Below, in pieces: positions 1 to 8,500 of a DNA stretch of 21,151 nucleotides. The notes under the pieces are model-generated. The model was given only the letters and a program-made list of their open reading frames with translations, searched no databases and was not told where the DNA came from. This DNA comes from an uncultured Bacteriovoracaceae bacterium (GTDB lineage: Bacteria; Bdellovibrionota; Bacteriovoracia; Bacteriovoracales; Bacteriovoracaceae), in NCBI GenBank assembly GCA_964012805.1, contig CAXGUD010000058.1, positions 1 to 21,151 of the forward strand, written 5' to 3'. Within the stretch, counting starts at the first letter, position 1, and the number at the start of each line of letters is the position of its first letter. Position numbers and translations under genes: made by a program.

Positions 1-108
1 ACAACTAAGAAAACAACTAAGAAAACAACTAAGAAAACAGCTAAGAAGACAGCTAAGAAAAAAGTGGCTAAGAAAAAGACAGCTAAGAAAAAAGTGGCTA
101 AGAAAAAA
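1..108 (+). repeat. Coding tandem repeat: 12-nt ACAACTAAGAAA units degenerating into a duplicated 30-nt TAKKKVAKKK unit
   Basis: ACAACTAAGAAA x3 (1-36), then ACAGCTAAGAAG, then ACAGCTAAGAAAAAAGTGGCTAAGAAAAA twice. Confidence 0.95.
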
Positions 109-366
109 TCAGCAAGAAAGCCAAATGAAGCTTTCATGAAGCCAATGACTCCTTCTAAGGAATTGGCTGCCGTTGTAGGTGAAAAAGCTTTACCTAGGAC
201 TCAGGTAATTAAGAAAATTTGGGATTATATTAAAAAACACAACCTTCAAAACCCTAAAAATAAAAGAAATATACTTGCGGATGATAAGCTTAAGCCTGTT
301 TTTAAAGGCAAAAGCGAAGTTACAATGTTTGAATTAGCTGGTCTTATAGGTAAGCACCTAAGCTAA
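1..366 (+). CDS. SWIB/MDM2-domain protein with N-terminal Lys/Ala/Thr-rich histone-H1-like repeats (5' truncated by the window edge)
   Basis: Frame 1 is open from base 1 (TTKKTTKKTTKKTAKKTAKKKVAKKK...), so the GTG at 64 is not the true start. The C-terminal PSKELAAVVG..LPRTQVIKKIWDYIKKHNLQNPKNKRNILADDKLKPVF..VTMFEL is a classic SWIB signature. Confidence 0.93.
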   Translation, partial: TTKKTTKKTTKKTAKKTAKKKVAKKKTAKKKVAKKKSARKPNEAFMKPMTPSKELAAVVGEKALPRTQVIKKIWDYIKKHNLQNPKNKRNILADDKLKPVFKGKSEVTMFELAGLIGKHLS

Positions 367-381
367 ATACTTTTAGTTTTT

Positions 382-411
382 AAGGGGGAGCTTTATAAGC
401 TTCCCTTTTTT
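382..411 (+). terminator. Intrinsic terminator of the SWIB gene, overlapping the stop of the convergent gene
   Basis: AAGGGGGAGCTT-TAT-AAGCTTCCCTTT hairpin (with G-U pairs) followed by a T-run, about 15 nt after the TAA at 364-366. Confidence 0.7.
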
Positions 412-1574
412 AGTTTTAAAACCAGACTCTTATATTCAGCCTTGGCCCTAAGGGATGGCCAAGGGTTAGCCTCAGAAATTTGAAAGAATTCTTTACAATA
501 AAAAGTTGGATTCCCTGCTTTGAACTTTTTTCCTTTCAGGTAATTAAGGCATGTTTTTGCATAAAGACTAAAGTATTCTGGCACATTTTTATACATGAAC
601 TTTATAAGAGTCTTTTTTTTGACAGGTGTAGCTAAAGCAAATATATCATCGGGTAGAGGGTCCATTTTATGAATTTTTTCAATGACTTTCATTCTTCTGG
701 TAAATGATTGACCTAAATCCCTGACTGTATTCCATGCTTGGTTAAATGTTTTTCCTACCAAAGGACCTTTCAATATATAGAAGGTTAGAAATGTATCTCT
801 TTCAAGTTGTGATAAAGATTTTTTTAAATCCAGAATTTTAAAGGCATGCTCCCTGTTAATTTGTTGATCAGAGTAAAGAGACTTTTTAAGAGTTGGCAGG
901 AAAGTTTTCCAGCAGTTGGAGTGAGCTAATTTATTTAATAAAGAAATTTCTTTTTTTTCCTCAATTATATTTTTATTGAGCAAATTTATAGTCTTTTTGA
1001 AAAGAGCTGTTTTAAGATTTTTATCTTTGCAAAAAAACGTTGAAAAGGGGCTTTTTGTAGCACTTTCATAAAATTGCCATGCTTCAATATTTAATTTTTG
1101 TTTTTGAACAATTTTTCCTAGTTTTAAACCTAATTCAGGGTCTTTACGGTTGTACCAAAACTCAAGAAGAAATTTTTGGCAAATACTGTTTTTTCTTTTT
1201 TCTTTGAAGCATTTTTCAATAAATTTATAACCATATTGGTTTCTTTTAATTATGAAAAATTCATCATTTTTTAAAGAGGGCCATGATAGAAGCTTTTCTA
1301 TAAATAAAAAATGATCTTTTGAAATTTGTTTTTTTTGTATAGTTGATGAAATAAAGCCAGTTGCCATATCTTGGACCATTTTCTCCCAATTTTTGTCTCT
1401 TTTGGATGGTCTTATGTCTAGTGCGTGATTGAGAAACTCAAAATAGTTTTTTTGTTTTTTAAGAATTGTTAGGTCTTCTAAAGTATAAAGGAGCCCTTTT
1501 GTCTTAGAGTGAAGATTATTACATAAGCATAGAATTGTGTAAAAAATGATAATTTTGAGTAAGTCCATTATCAT
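393..1574 (-). CDS. Hypothetical Lys-rich, probably alpha-helical exported protein
   Basis: 393-aa ORF with an N-terminal hydrophobic stretch (IIIFYTILCLCNNLHS) resembling a signal peptide. No motif recognised. The start may be the ATG at 1568. Confidence 0.8.
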   Translation of the reverse strand: MIMDLLKIIIFYTILCLCNNLHSKTKGLLYTLEDLTILKKQKNYFEFLNHALDIRPSKRDKNWEKMVQDMATGFISSTIQKKQISKDHFLFIEKLLSWPSLKNDEFFIIKRNQYGYKFIEKCFKEKRKNSICQKFLLEFWYNRKDPELGLKLGKIVQKQKLNIEAWQFYESATKSPFSTFFCKDKNLKTALFKKTINLLNKNIIEEKKEISLLNKLAHSNCWKTFLPTLKKSLYSDQQINREHAFKILDLKKSLSQLERDTFLTFYILKGPLVGKTFNQAWNTVRDLGQSFTRRMKVIEKIHKMDPLPDDIFALATPVKKKTLIKFMYKNVPEYFSLYAKTCLNYLKGKKFKAGNPTFYCKEFFQISEANPWPSLRAKAEYKSLVLKLKKGSL

Positions 1575-1613
1575 GGATGATATTTTAAAATTAATGACAC
1601 TTCATAGTCAATA

Positions 1614-1642
1614 TTGTCCCTTTATGAATAACATCATACACT
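1614..1642 (+). promoter_or_regulatory. Putative sigma-70 promoter of the URC operon
   Basis: TTGTCC (1614-1619)-N17-TACACT (1637-1642), about 30 nt before the ATG at 1674. An RBS-like AAGGTGG lies upstream of the start. Confidence 0.5.
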
Positions 1643-1673
1643 TTTAAGATATTTATTAAGGTGGTAGAAATAA

Positions 1674-2939
1674 ATGGAAAAATTTAAGAAAAGTTCACAT
1701 GTTGTCCTTACTTCACATTATAAACAAATATTTAAAAAATCGATTGAGATCAAGTGGGGGGCTAAAGACCCTATTGAAAGAGGTCCTATTGTAGGGACAA
1801 TCTCTGAAAAAGAGAATAGAAATGCTATAGGAACTCACAGTGGTTCTTATACCGTTTACAGAGCATTATCTATAGCTTCAGGTCAATACGAAAGGGATCA
1901 TAAACCAGACTTAAAAAATACCGATATGACGACAGAGCTGGGACCTTTCGATTCTTGGTCAGACCCGAAGAAAATAGTTTCTCTTGATCCTTGGGGCGCA
2001 AGTGTAAGTAAAACTTTTGATCCTTATATTAGTAAGGGTTACAATATAGCTCCTACAATAGCAGTTACCCAGGCTCACCTTCAAATTCCTGAAATAGCTG
2101 AAGCTATTGAAAAGGGAAGACTCAAGCCTGATGGGAAGTTGTTACTTTCTTCCAATGATATAAAGGTAACCAAAGCCGCTATTGAGCCCGTATGGTATTT
2201 ACCAGGAATAGCAAAAAGGTTTGGGGTAGATGAAGGAGATTTGAGGAAAGTCCTCTTTGAGGAGACAGGAGGAATGTTTCCTGAGCTTGTAACAAGGCCT
2301 GATTTAAAAATTCTTCTTCCCCCAATAGGGAGTTCAACGGCTTATATATTTGGTGATCCTAAAAATCTATCCAACCCTAAGGTCACACTTACCTGTAGGG
2401 TTCATGATGAATGTAATGGAAGCGACGTTTTTGGTTCCGATATTTGTACTTGTAGACCCTATCTAACTCATGGAATTGAGGAAGCTGTTAAAACAGCACA
2501 AAATGGTGGTGTAGGTCTTATTGTTTATTTTCGGAAAGAAGGAAGGGCCCTAGGTGAAGTCACAAAGTTTTTAGTCTATAATGCCCGGAAGCGACAATCT
2601 GGAGGGGATTCAGCATCCAATTACTTTCATAGGACTGAATGTGTCGCTGGTGTTGTTGATGCAAGGTTTCAGGAGTTCATGCCGGATGTTCTTCACTGGT
2701 TTGGCATTCAAAGAATTCATAACTTAATATCTATGAGCGATATGAAGTATGATGCGATCGTAAACAGTGGCATCAAAGTTGATAAAAGGATTTCAATACC
2801 AGACGAATTGGTTCCAGATGATGCACGCGTTGAAATTGAAGCCAAAAAAGCTGCAGGTTATTATGTACCAGAGGATTCAGATGACCGCGTTAGTGTAAAG
2901 GAACTTGATAAGGTAAAAGGAAGAGACCTAGATGACTGA
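1674..2939 (+). CDS. URC1/Urg1-type GTP cyclohydrolase II-like protein (N-terminal GTP_CH_N domain plus GCH-II domain)
   Basis: 421 aa. N-terminal WGAKDPIERGPIVGT..RNAIGTHSGSYTVYRAL, Zn-ligand motif RVHDECNGSDVFGSDICTC, and YFRKEGRALGEVTKFLVYNAR are typical of the URC1/Urg1 subfamily rather than the ~200-aa RibA. Confidence 0.93.
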   Translation: MEKFKKSSHVVLTSHYKQIFKKSIEIKWGAKDPIERGPIVGTISEKENRNAIGTHSGSYTVYRALSIASGQYERDHKPDLKNTDMTTELGPFDSWSDPKKIVSLDPWGASVSKTFDPYISKGYNIAPTIAVTQAHLQIPEIAEAIEKGRLKPDGKLLLSSNDIKVTKAAIEPVWYLPGIAKRFGVDEGDLRKVLFEETGGMFPELVTRPDLKILLPPIGSSTAYIFGDPKNLSNPKVTLTCRVHDECNGSDVFGSDICTCRPYLTHGIEEAVKTAQNGGVGLIVYFRKEGRALGEVTKFLVYNARKRQSGGDSASNYFHRTECVAGVVDARFQEFMPDVLHWFGIQRIHNLISMSDMKYDAIVNSGIKVDKRISIPDELVPDDARVEIEAKKAAGYYVPEDSDDRVSVKELDKVKGRDLDD

Positions 2940-4155
2940 TGATTCTGATAATAACCTCAAATACATTTTTTCAACCGGTGCAATTAGGGATAAAGCAGAG
3001 TTTTTGTTTAATTGTTTGATGGAAGGTAGAACTCATTTTCACCTTTTCCCCGAAAAAATAGATGATGTTGTTCAGTACATTTTGGATGTAACAGAAAAGA
3101 ATTATCCAGATGGAAATATACCTTTTCATTCTAGGTGGGGGCACTTCGATGTAGGAGGGATTAGAAGACTAGAACAGTTGGAAAAGCTTTTAGGTGATTT
3201 AGGGCCTAAAGAAAAGGCTTTAGCGAAATTAGATTTGGTTGTTATTTCCGTTCTTCTTGATGCAGGAGTTGATCCAAATTGGAGTTATAGAGAGGAGTCT
3301 AATGGTAGAACTTGGAGTAGGTCTGAAGGCCTTGCTGTTATGAGCATCAAAGGCTTTCAAAAAGGTTTTTTCTCAAGCGACCCAAAGAAGCCTTATCAGG
3401 TAGACTCTGAGGGGCTCCTAAAGATAAGTTTGGAAGACCTTGGAAGTTTAATGCAGGATAGCCTTGATAACCCTGTAACTGGTCTTTCTGGACGTTTACG
3501 GTTGCTGCATTCTTTAGGAGAGGAACTCGGGAAAAATGAAGGTTATTTTCCCAATCAAAGGCCTGGAGGTTTGCTGACCTATTGGGAAAACAAGTTTGGG
3601 AATAATATAACAGCATCTCAAATCTTGGAAACTCTCTTGTATTCTCTAAATAAAATTTGGCCATCTAGGGTAGAGAGAAATGGCATTCCTCTTGGGGATG
3701 TCTGGGAGCATCCGCTCTTAGGTCCTAAAGGATCTTGGGAAGGCCTCATTCCTTTTCATAAGTTATCTCAATGGTTGACTTATTCTCTTATAGAGCTACT
3801 TGAGGAAAGTGGTATGAAGGTGAAAAATGTTGGCGAATTAACGGCGCTGGCTGAATATAGAAATGGGGGATTGCTTGTAGATTTAGGTTTAATACGCCCT
3901 AAAAATACGGATTTCCTAAATCAGGTTTTTGGGCCTGACTCTGAAATTATTGTCGAGTGGAGGGCCCTTACAATTGCAACTTTTGATAGGTTAGCTGCAC
4001 AAATTAGGAAAATGAAAAACTTTGATGAAGAGAGTTTTCCTTTGGCAAAAATGTTAGAAGGCGGGACATGGCACGCTGGAAGAAAAATTGCCAAAAAATT
4101 GAGAGAGGATGGATCACCACCATTTAAGCTGAAAAGTGATGGAACTGTTTTTTAA
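2932..4155 (+). CDS. URC4/Urg3 family protein (DUF1688)
   Basis: Motifs IPFHSRWGHF, DLVVISVLLDAG, SRSEGLA, PFHKLSQWLTYSL, LAEYRNGGL, IVEWRALT, LEGGTWHAGR and C-terminal SDGTVF. 8-nt overlap (ATGACTGA) with the URC1-like gene. Confidence 0.93.
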   Translation: MTDDSDNNLKYIFSTGAIRDKAEFLFNCLMEGRTHFHLFPEKIDDVVQYILDVTEKNYPDGNIPFHSRWGHFDVGGIRRLEQLEKLLGDLGPKEKALAKLDLVVISVLLDAGVDPNWSYREESNGRTWSRSEGLAVMSIKGFQKGFFSSDPKKPYQVDSEGLLKISLEDLGSLMQDSLDNPVTGLSGRLRLLHSLGEELGKNEGYFPNQRPGGLLTYWENKFGNNITASQILETLLYSLNKIWPSRVERNGIPLGDVWEHPLLGPKGSWEGLIPFHKLSQWLTYSLIELLEESGMKVKNVGELTALAEYRNGGLLVDLGLIRPKNTDFLNQVFGPDSEIIVEWRALTIATFDRLAAQIRKMKNFDEESFPLAKMLEGGTWHAGRKIAKKLREDGSPPFKLKSDGTVF

Positions 4156-4193
4156 TTAATGTGCTTGTTGAAACTTTTTTAAGGAATTAGAAG

Positions 4194-4844
4194 ATGAGTG
4201 AGAATTTAGAGATCGTTTCGCATCCAGTCGTTCAACATAAATTAGGCCTTTTAAGAAAGGTTGAAACAACTTCCCCAGAGTTTCGCTTAATTGTGCAGCA
4301 ATTGAGCCCATTATTGGCTTATGAAGCTTGCAGGGACTGGTTTATCCAAGAAGAAAAAGAGGTCCAAACTCCTATGGAGGAGTTTGCAAAAGCAAGGTTT
4401 ATTGCTGACTGGCCAGTTCTTGTTTCTATTATGAGGGCAGGTAACGGTATGTTAGACCCAATACTTTCTCTTTTTTCTTCTAGTGCTGCGGGGCATATTG
4501 GCATCTATAGAGACAAATTTATAAAGAATACCGTCGAGTATTATTTTAGATTGCCTGACAATGTTCAAGATAAAAATATCCTTTTACTTGATCCTCTTGT
4601 TGCGACAGCCGATACTGTGATTGCTTCAATTGATAGGTTGAAACAATATGATGTTGGTGAAATTAGGATGCTAACTCTTTTGATATCCAAGCTTGGTGTA
4701 TCAAAAATTAAGAGTTTTCACCCTGATGTGAAGATTTTTGCAGCAGGATGTCAAGAGGGGCTTGATTCGAACGGATATCTTGTACCAGGGTTGGGAGATG
4801 CCGGTGACCGCTTGTACCAAATTAATAATGGAAAGCATCTATAA
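4194..4844 (+). CDS. upp: Uracil phosphoribosyltransferase (URC6/Urg2 equivalent)
   Basis: HPVVQHKLGLLR, VSIMRAG, GHIGIYRD, LLLDPLVAT and GYLVPGLGDAGDRLY. RBS AAGGA upstream. Confidence 0.95.
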   Translation: MSENLEIVSHPVVQHKLGLLRKVETTSPEFRLIVQQLSPLLAYEACRDWFIQEEKEVQTPMEEFAKARFIADWPVLVSIMRAGNGMLDPILSLFSSSAAGHIGIYRDKFIKNTVEYYFRLPDNVQDKNILLLDPLVATADTVIASIDRLKQYDVGEIRMLTLLISKLGVSKIKSFHPDVKIFAAGCQEGLDSNGYLVPGLGDAGDRLYQINNGKHL

Positions 4845-4908
4845 ATCAGATGTCTTCCTAGGTTTTGGTGAAATGGCTTTTGCTTAGTGCTCTTTGGGGA
4901 TGTTATTC

Positions 4909-5532
4909 ATGGAATCAGTTTTAGTTCTTGGTGTGGCCGGTGGTAGTTGCTCTGGAAAGACAACTCTTACGCATTTTTTAAAAAAGTACTTTGGTGACGA
5001 TGCTGCTGTTTTAGCACAAGACAGTTTTTATATTGATCAAAGTCATAAATTTGATTGCGATGGGGGAAGTGTCAATTTTGATCACCCGGATAGTATAGAT
5101 TTTTCATTAATGGGTCAGTGTGTCAGTTACCTAAAAGAAAGCAGAGAGGTCTCAATTCCTATTTATGATTTTGCTACTCATAAGAGGTCCGAAGAAGTTC
5201 AAAAAGTTTCCTCTAAAAAGCTCGTGATTATTGATGGAACTTTAATTTTGTCTCAGGAAAAAGTGAGGGGAAAACTGGATCTTTCTTTTTTTATTGACGC
5301 ACCTGAGAATGTTAGGTTTCAAAGGCGTCTTGAGAGGGATACAAAGGAAAGAGGAAGAACTGAGCAAGGGGTAAAAGATCAATTTTATAAGCAGGTCAAG
5401 CCAATGCATGATGAATGGGTAGAGCCATCAAAAACTCATGCGACCCATATTTTTCCTGGAACTATAGACTTCTCTGCGAGTTCAGATTTACAGGCCATTT
5501 TAGAAAAGATAAAAAAAGACTTGCTTCTTTAG
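4909..5532 (+). CDS. udk: Uridine kinase
   Basis: P-loop GVAGGSCSGKTT, QDSFY, NFDHPDSIDF, PIYDFATHKR, RRLERDTKERGR and VKPMHDEWVEPSK. The ATG at 4909 has GGGGA 8 nt upstream; the ORF track starts at TTG 4894. Confidence 0.93.
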   Translation: MESVLVLGVAGGSCSGKTTLTHFLKKYFGDDAAVLAQDSFYIDQSHKFDCDGGSVNFDHPDSIDFSLMGQCVSYLKESREVSIPIYDFATHKRSEEVQKVSSKKLVIIDGTLILSQEKVRGKLDLSFFIDAPENVRFQRRLERDTKERGRTEQGVKDQFYKQVKPMHDEWVEPSKTHATHIFPGTIDFSASSDLQAILEKIKKDLLL

Positions 5533-5584
5533 TTCATAGCTCTTATCTGGAACATTAAGCATATTTACTTTTTCTGGAGGCCGA

Positions 5585-8500
5585 ATGATGACGGTTGAAG
5601 AAATTAACGATGTCCCTTTAAAGTTGGGCGCCGAAGATTGGACTTTTTGCTTTTATAAGCATTTGACACCCTTTTTTTTAGACGATCGTGGTTATTTATC
5701 GGAAAGTATTAAGAAAATTTTTCTAAATTTAACAAATTTAAGAAAAAACAATTTTAGAAAGCAGCTTCATATAAAGTCTGTACCTTTCCTTGTAGGCTTT
5801 TTTTTCGATGAGAAGAAAATAAGAATTAGTTCTCCTAGATTAGGAAGAGAGCTATTTTTAATTACTGAACTTGAAAACTATTCTTGGCCGGAAGCTTCCA
5901 ATGAAGAAGAAAAATTTGAGGCTTTTAAAAATCATGCTGATAAATTAGCTTCTTTAAAAATAGCAGATACTCCTTCAGAGATAGAACTTTTAACTTCGAA
6001 CTACAAACTTCCAGATTTACTAACAGAAAAAAAATATACATCGGATATAGAAGTTGAAAATAAAAAATTGGTCAAAGAAATATTAAGGCTTCTTAACCAG
6101 TATAATCCGAGTTTGTTTGAGAGAGTAAGCGATTTTGGTTTATCTCTTACCGCAGAATATGCCCTGATCAGAATTCACTTGTTAAAATTTTTAGCAATAC
6201 TCCCTTCTCTAGATTATGATTTGTCTGGTTATGAAGTAAAAAGAATTTTGCTGGAGTCCGTTAGAAGATTATTAGATGATTCAAAAACAGCCAAAGCTAA
6301 AGAGAGGAAAGGTCAAGCAAAGGCCATACCTTTGTTTCTATTTTTTCCCTTATACCTCTTTTATATCTTAGCTTCTCTAACGCCAGCATTATTTTTGGCA
6401 AAAACCATAAGGTCTTCCGTTCGCTTTTTGGCAAGAAGATTTATCGCTGGTGAAAGTATAGAGCTCGCCTCTGAGTCTTTGGGTAAACTTTACCAAAGTG
6501 GAAGAGATGCAACTCTAGATCAACTGGGTGAACTTGTTGTTTCAGAAAAAGAAGCTGATCACTACCTTGATGAGGTTTTAAAATTAATTAAAGGGTTTTC
6601 TTCCCATGTTCCTAAAGGTGCAAAGAATAAAGCAGGTGTGAATCGGGCCCATGTTTCAATTAAAGTGTCCGCTTTGTCCTCCGATTTTAAGCCCTACGCA
6701 TTTGATTATACCTACCGGAGTGTTGCTCCTCGTTTAATAAAAATTTTATTAGAAGCAAAAAAAGAAGATGTTTTTATCAATATCGATGCTGAACATATTC
6801 ACTATCGTGATATTGTTTTTCAAATTTATAAAAAAGTTCTTTTGGAAACAGACGAGCTTAAGACATTTTCTGCAACAGGAATTGTTATTCAAGCGTACTT
6901 AAAGGATGCTTTTGTTCATTTTGAGGAAGTTCTTTCTCTTGCAAAGGTTAGAGGCTTGACGATGCCTATAAGGTTAGTAAAAGGAGCTTATTGGGATGCA
7001 GAAACTTTTGAGAGTGATGCCCATAGTGTAGAAGCTCCCCAATTTCTCAATAAGGAGGAGACCGATTTACACTTCAGGCAGCTAATTATAAGAACCTTTG
7101 AAGCATCACCTCATCTGCTTCTTTGTTTAGCGTCCCATAATTTTTCAGATCATTGCTTTGCTAAAGTGATTCAAAAAAAATACTTTGCTGAAACACCAGA
7201 GTTCGAGCATCAATGCCTTCATATGACTTACGAAGCTTTGTCTACGTCTTTAGGTCAAATGGGATGGGCCGTGAGAAATTATGTTCCAGTTGGAAGCCTC
7301 ATTGTCGGCATGGCGTATCTTGTAAGAAGGATTATGGAAAACTCTTCTCAAGTTGGTGTGCTGACTATAATGAGATCTCATAAATCGGCAAAAGGCCTTT
7401 CTACTCCAACAAATGTTCACTTAAACAAAAGAGAAAAAGGAAACTTAAAAAGAGAAATAACTTCTTCAAGTCTTATAAAGGAGTTTTTTAATACTTCTCC
7501 TGTACGGATGTATTATGAAAATGAGAGAGCTTGGGTAGAAAAGAGTATGATCTCATTTCGTGAAAAAGGTCTTACTTCTTTTTATAAAAACCCTTTTGAG
7601 CTAAAAGGTGAGAAAACCGATATAATATCTTCTTCAGATACGGGTATTTTAGTAGGGTCGATTACTTTTGGAACAAAGGAAGATGCTGAAAGAGCTCTCG
7701 AGACTTCTTCAAAATATTACAATCAAGGACTTTGGTCTAAACTCAGCTGGCAAGAGAGATCATCACTTCTTCTTAAAGTAGCTGAACTTCTTACTTTGAG
7801 AAGAAATGAGTTCGCGTCTTTAATTGTATATGAAGCCGGAAAAACTATTTTAGAGGCATTAGGTGATGTTGATGAAGCAATAGATTTTTTGGATTTCTAT
7901 GCCCGTGAAGAGGGAGTGATTCAAAAAAGAGAAAATGGTGAAGTTCTAAGTAGAGGGGTAACGGTTGTTATTTCTCCTTGGAACTTTCCTTTAGCAATTC
8001 CTTGCGGAATGGTCTCAGCTCCTCTCGTCGCTGGAAATACCGTGATATTAAAGTCTGCAGAGCAGACTCCTCTTGTTGCCCAAAAATTGATTGATCTTTT
8101 TCATGAAGTAGGGGTTCCAAAAGAAGCTTTAATACACTGTCCTGGAGAAGGAGAAGTTGTTGGTGATGCTCTTGTGAACAGCCCTCGAACTGCAGCCATA
8201 GTTTTTACAGGATCGAGAGCAGTCGGTAGCGCTATTTTCAAAAAAGCTTCACAAAGAATGATCAAGAATGAACTTCATGGAAATGTATATCCTGTGAAAG
8301 TTATAACTGAAATGGGTGGTAAGAATGCCATTATTGTTACGGCCAATGCTGAATTGGATGAAACGGTTTCAGGAATTCTTTATTCTGCTTTTGGTCATGC
8401 GGGGCAAAAGTGTTCGGCAGCTTCTCGTATCCTTGTAGATGAAAAGGTCTTGGATAGGCTAAAGGAAAGATTAAAAGAGGCTTGCTTGGATATGGAGGTT

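Noticed and set aside
1..108. Short tandem repeats as CRISPR or non-coding VNTR
   Set aside because: There are no spacers, and the units are in-frame codons of the Lys-rich protein tail.
1674..2939. ribA / riboflavin biosynthesis
   Set aside because: The length, N-terminal domain, HDECNGSD motif and DUF1688/upp neighbours indicate the URC1 subfamily. No rib genes are nearby.
3347..4504. Minus-strand ORFs 3347-3664 and 4319-4504
   Set aside because: Antisense shadows of well-supported URC4 and upp genes, with no motifs.
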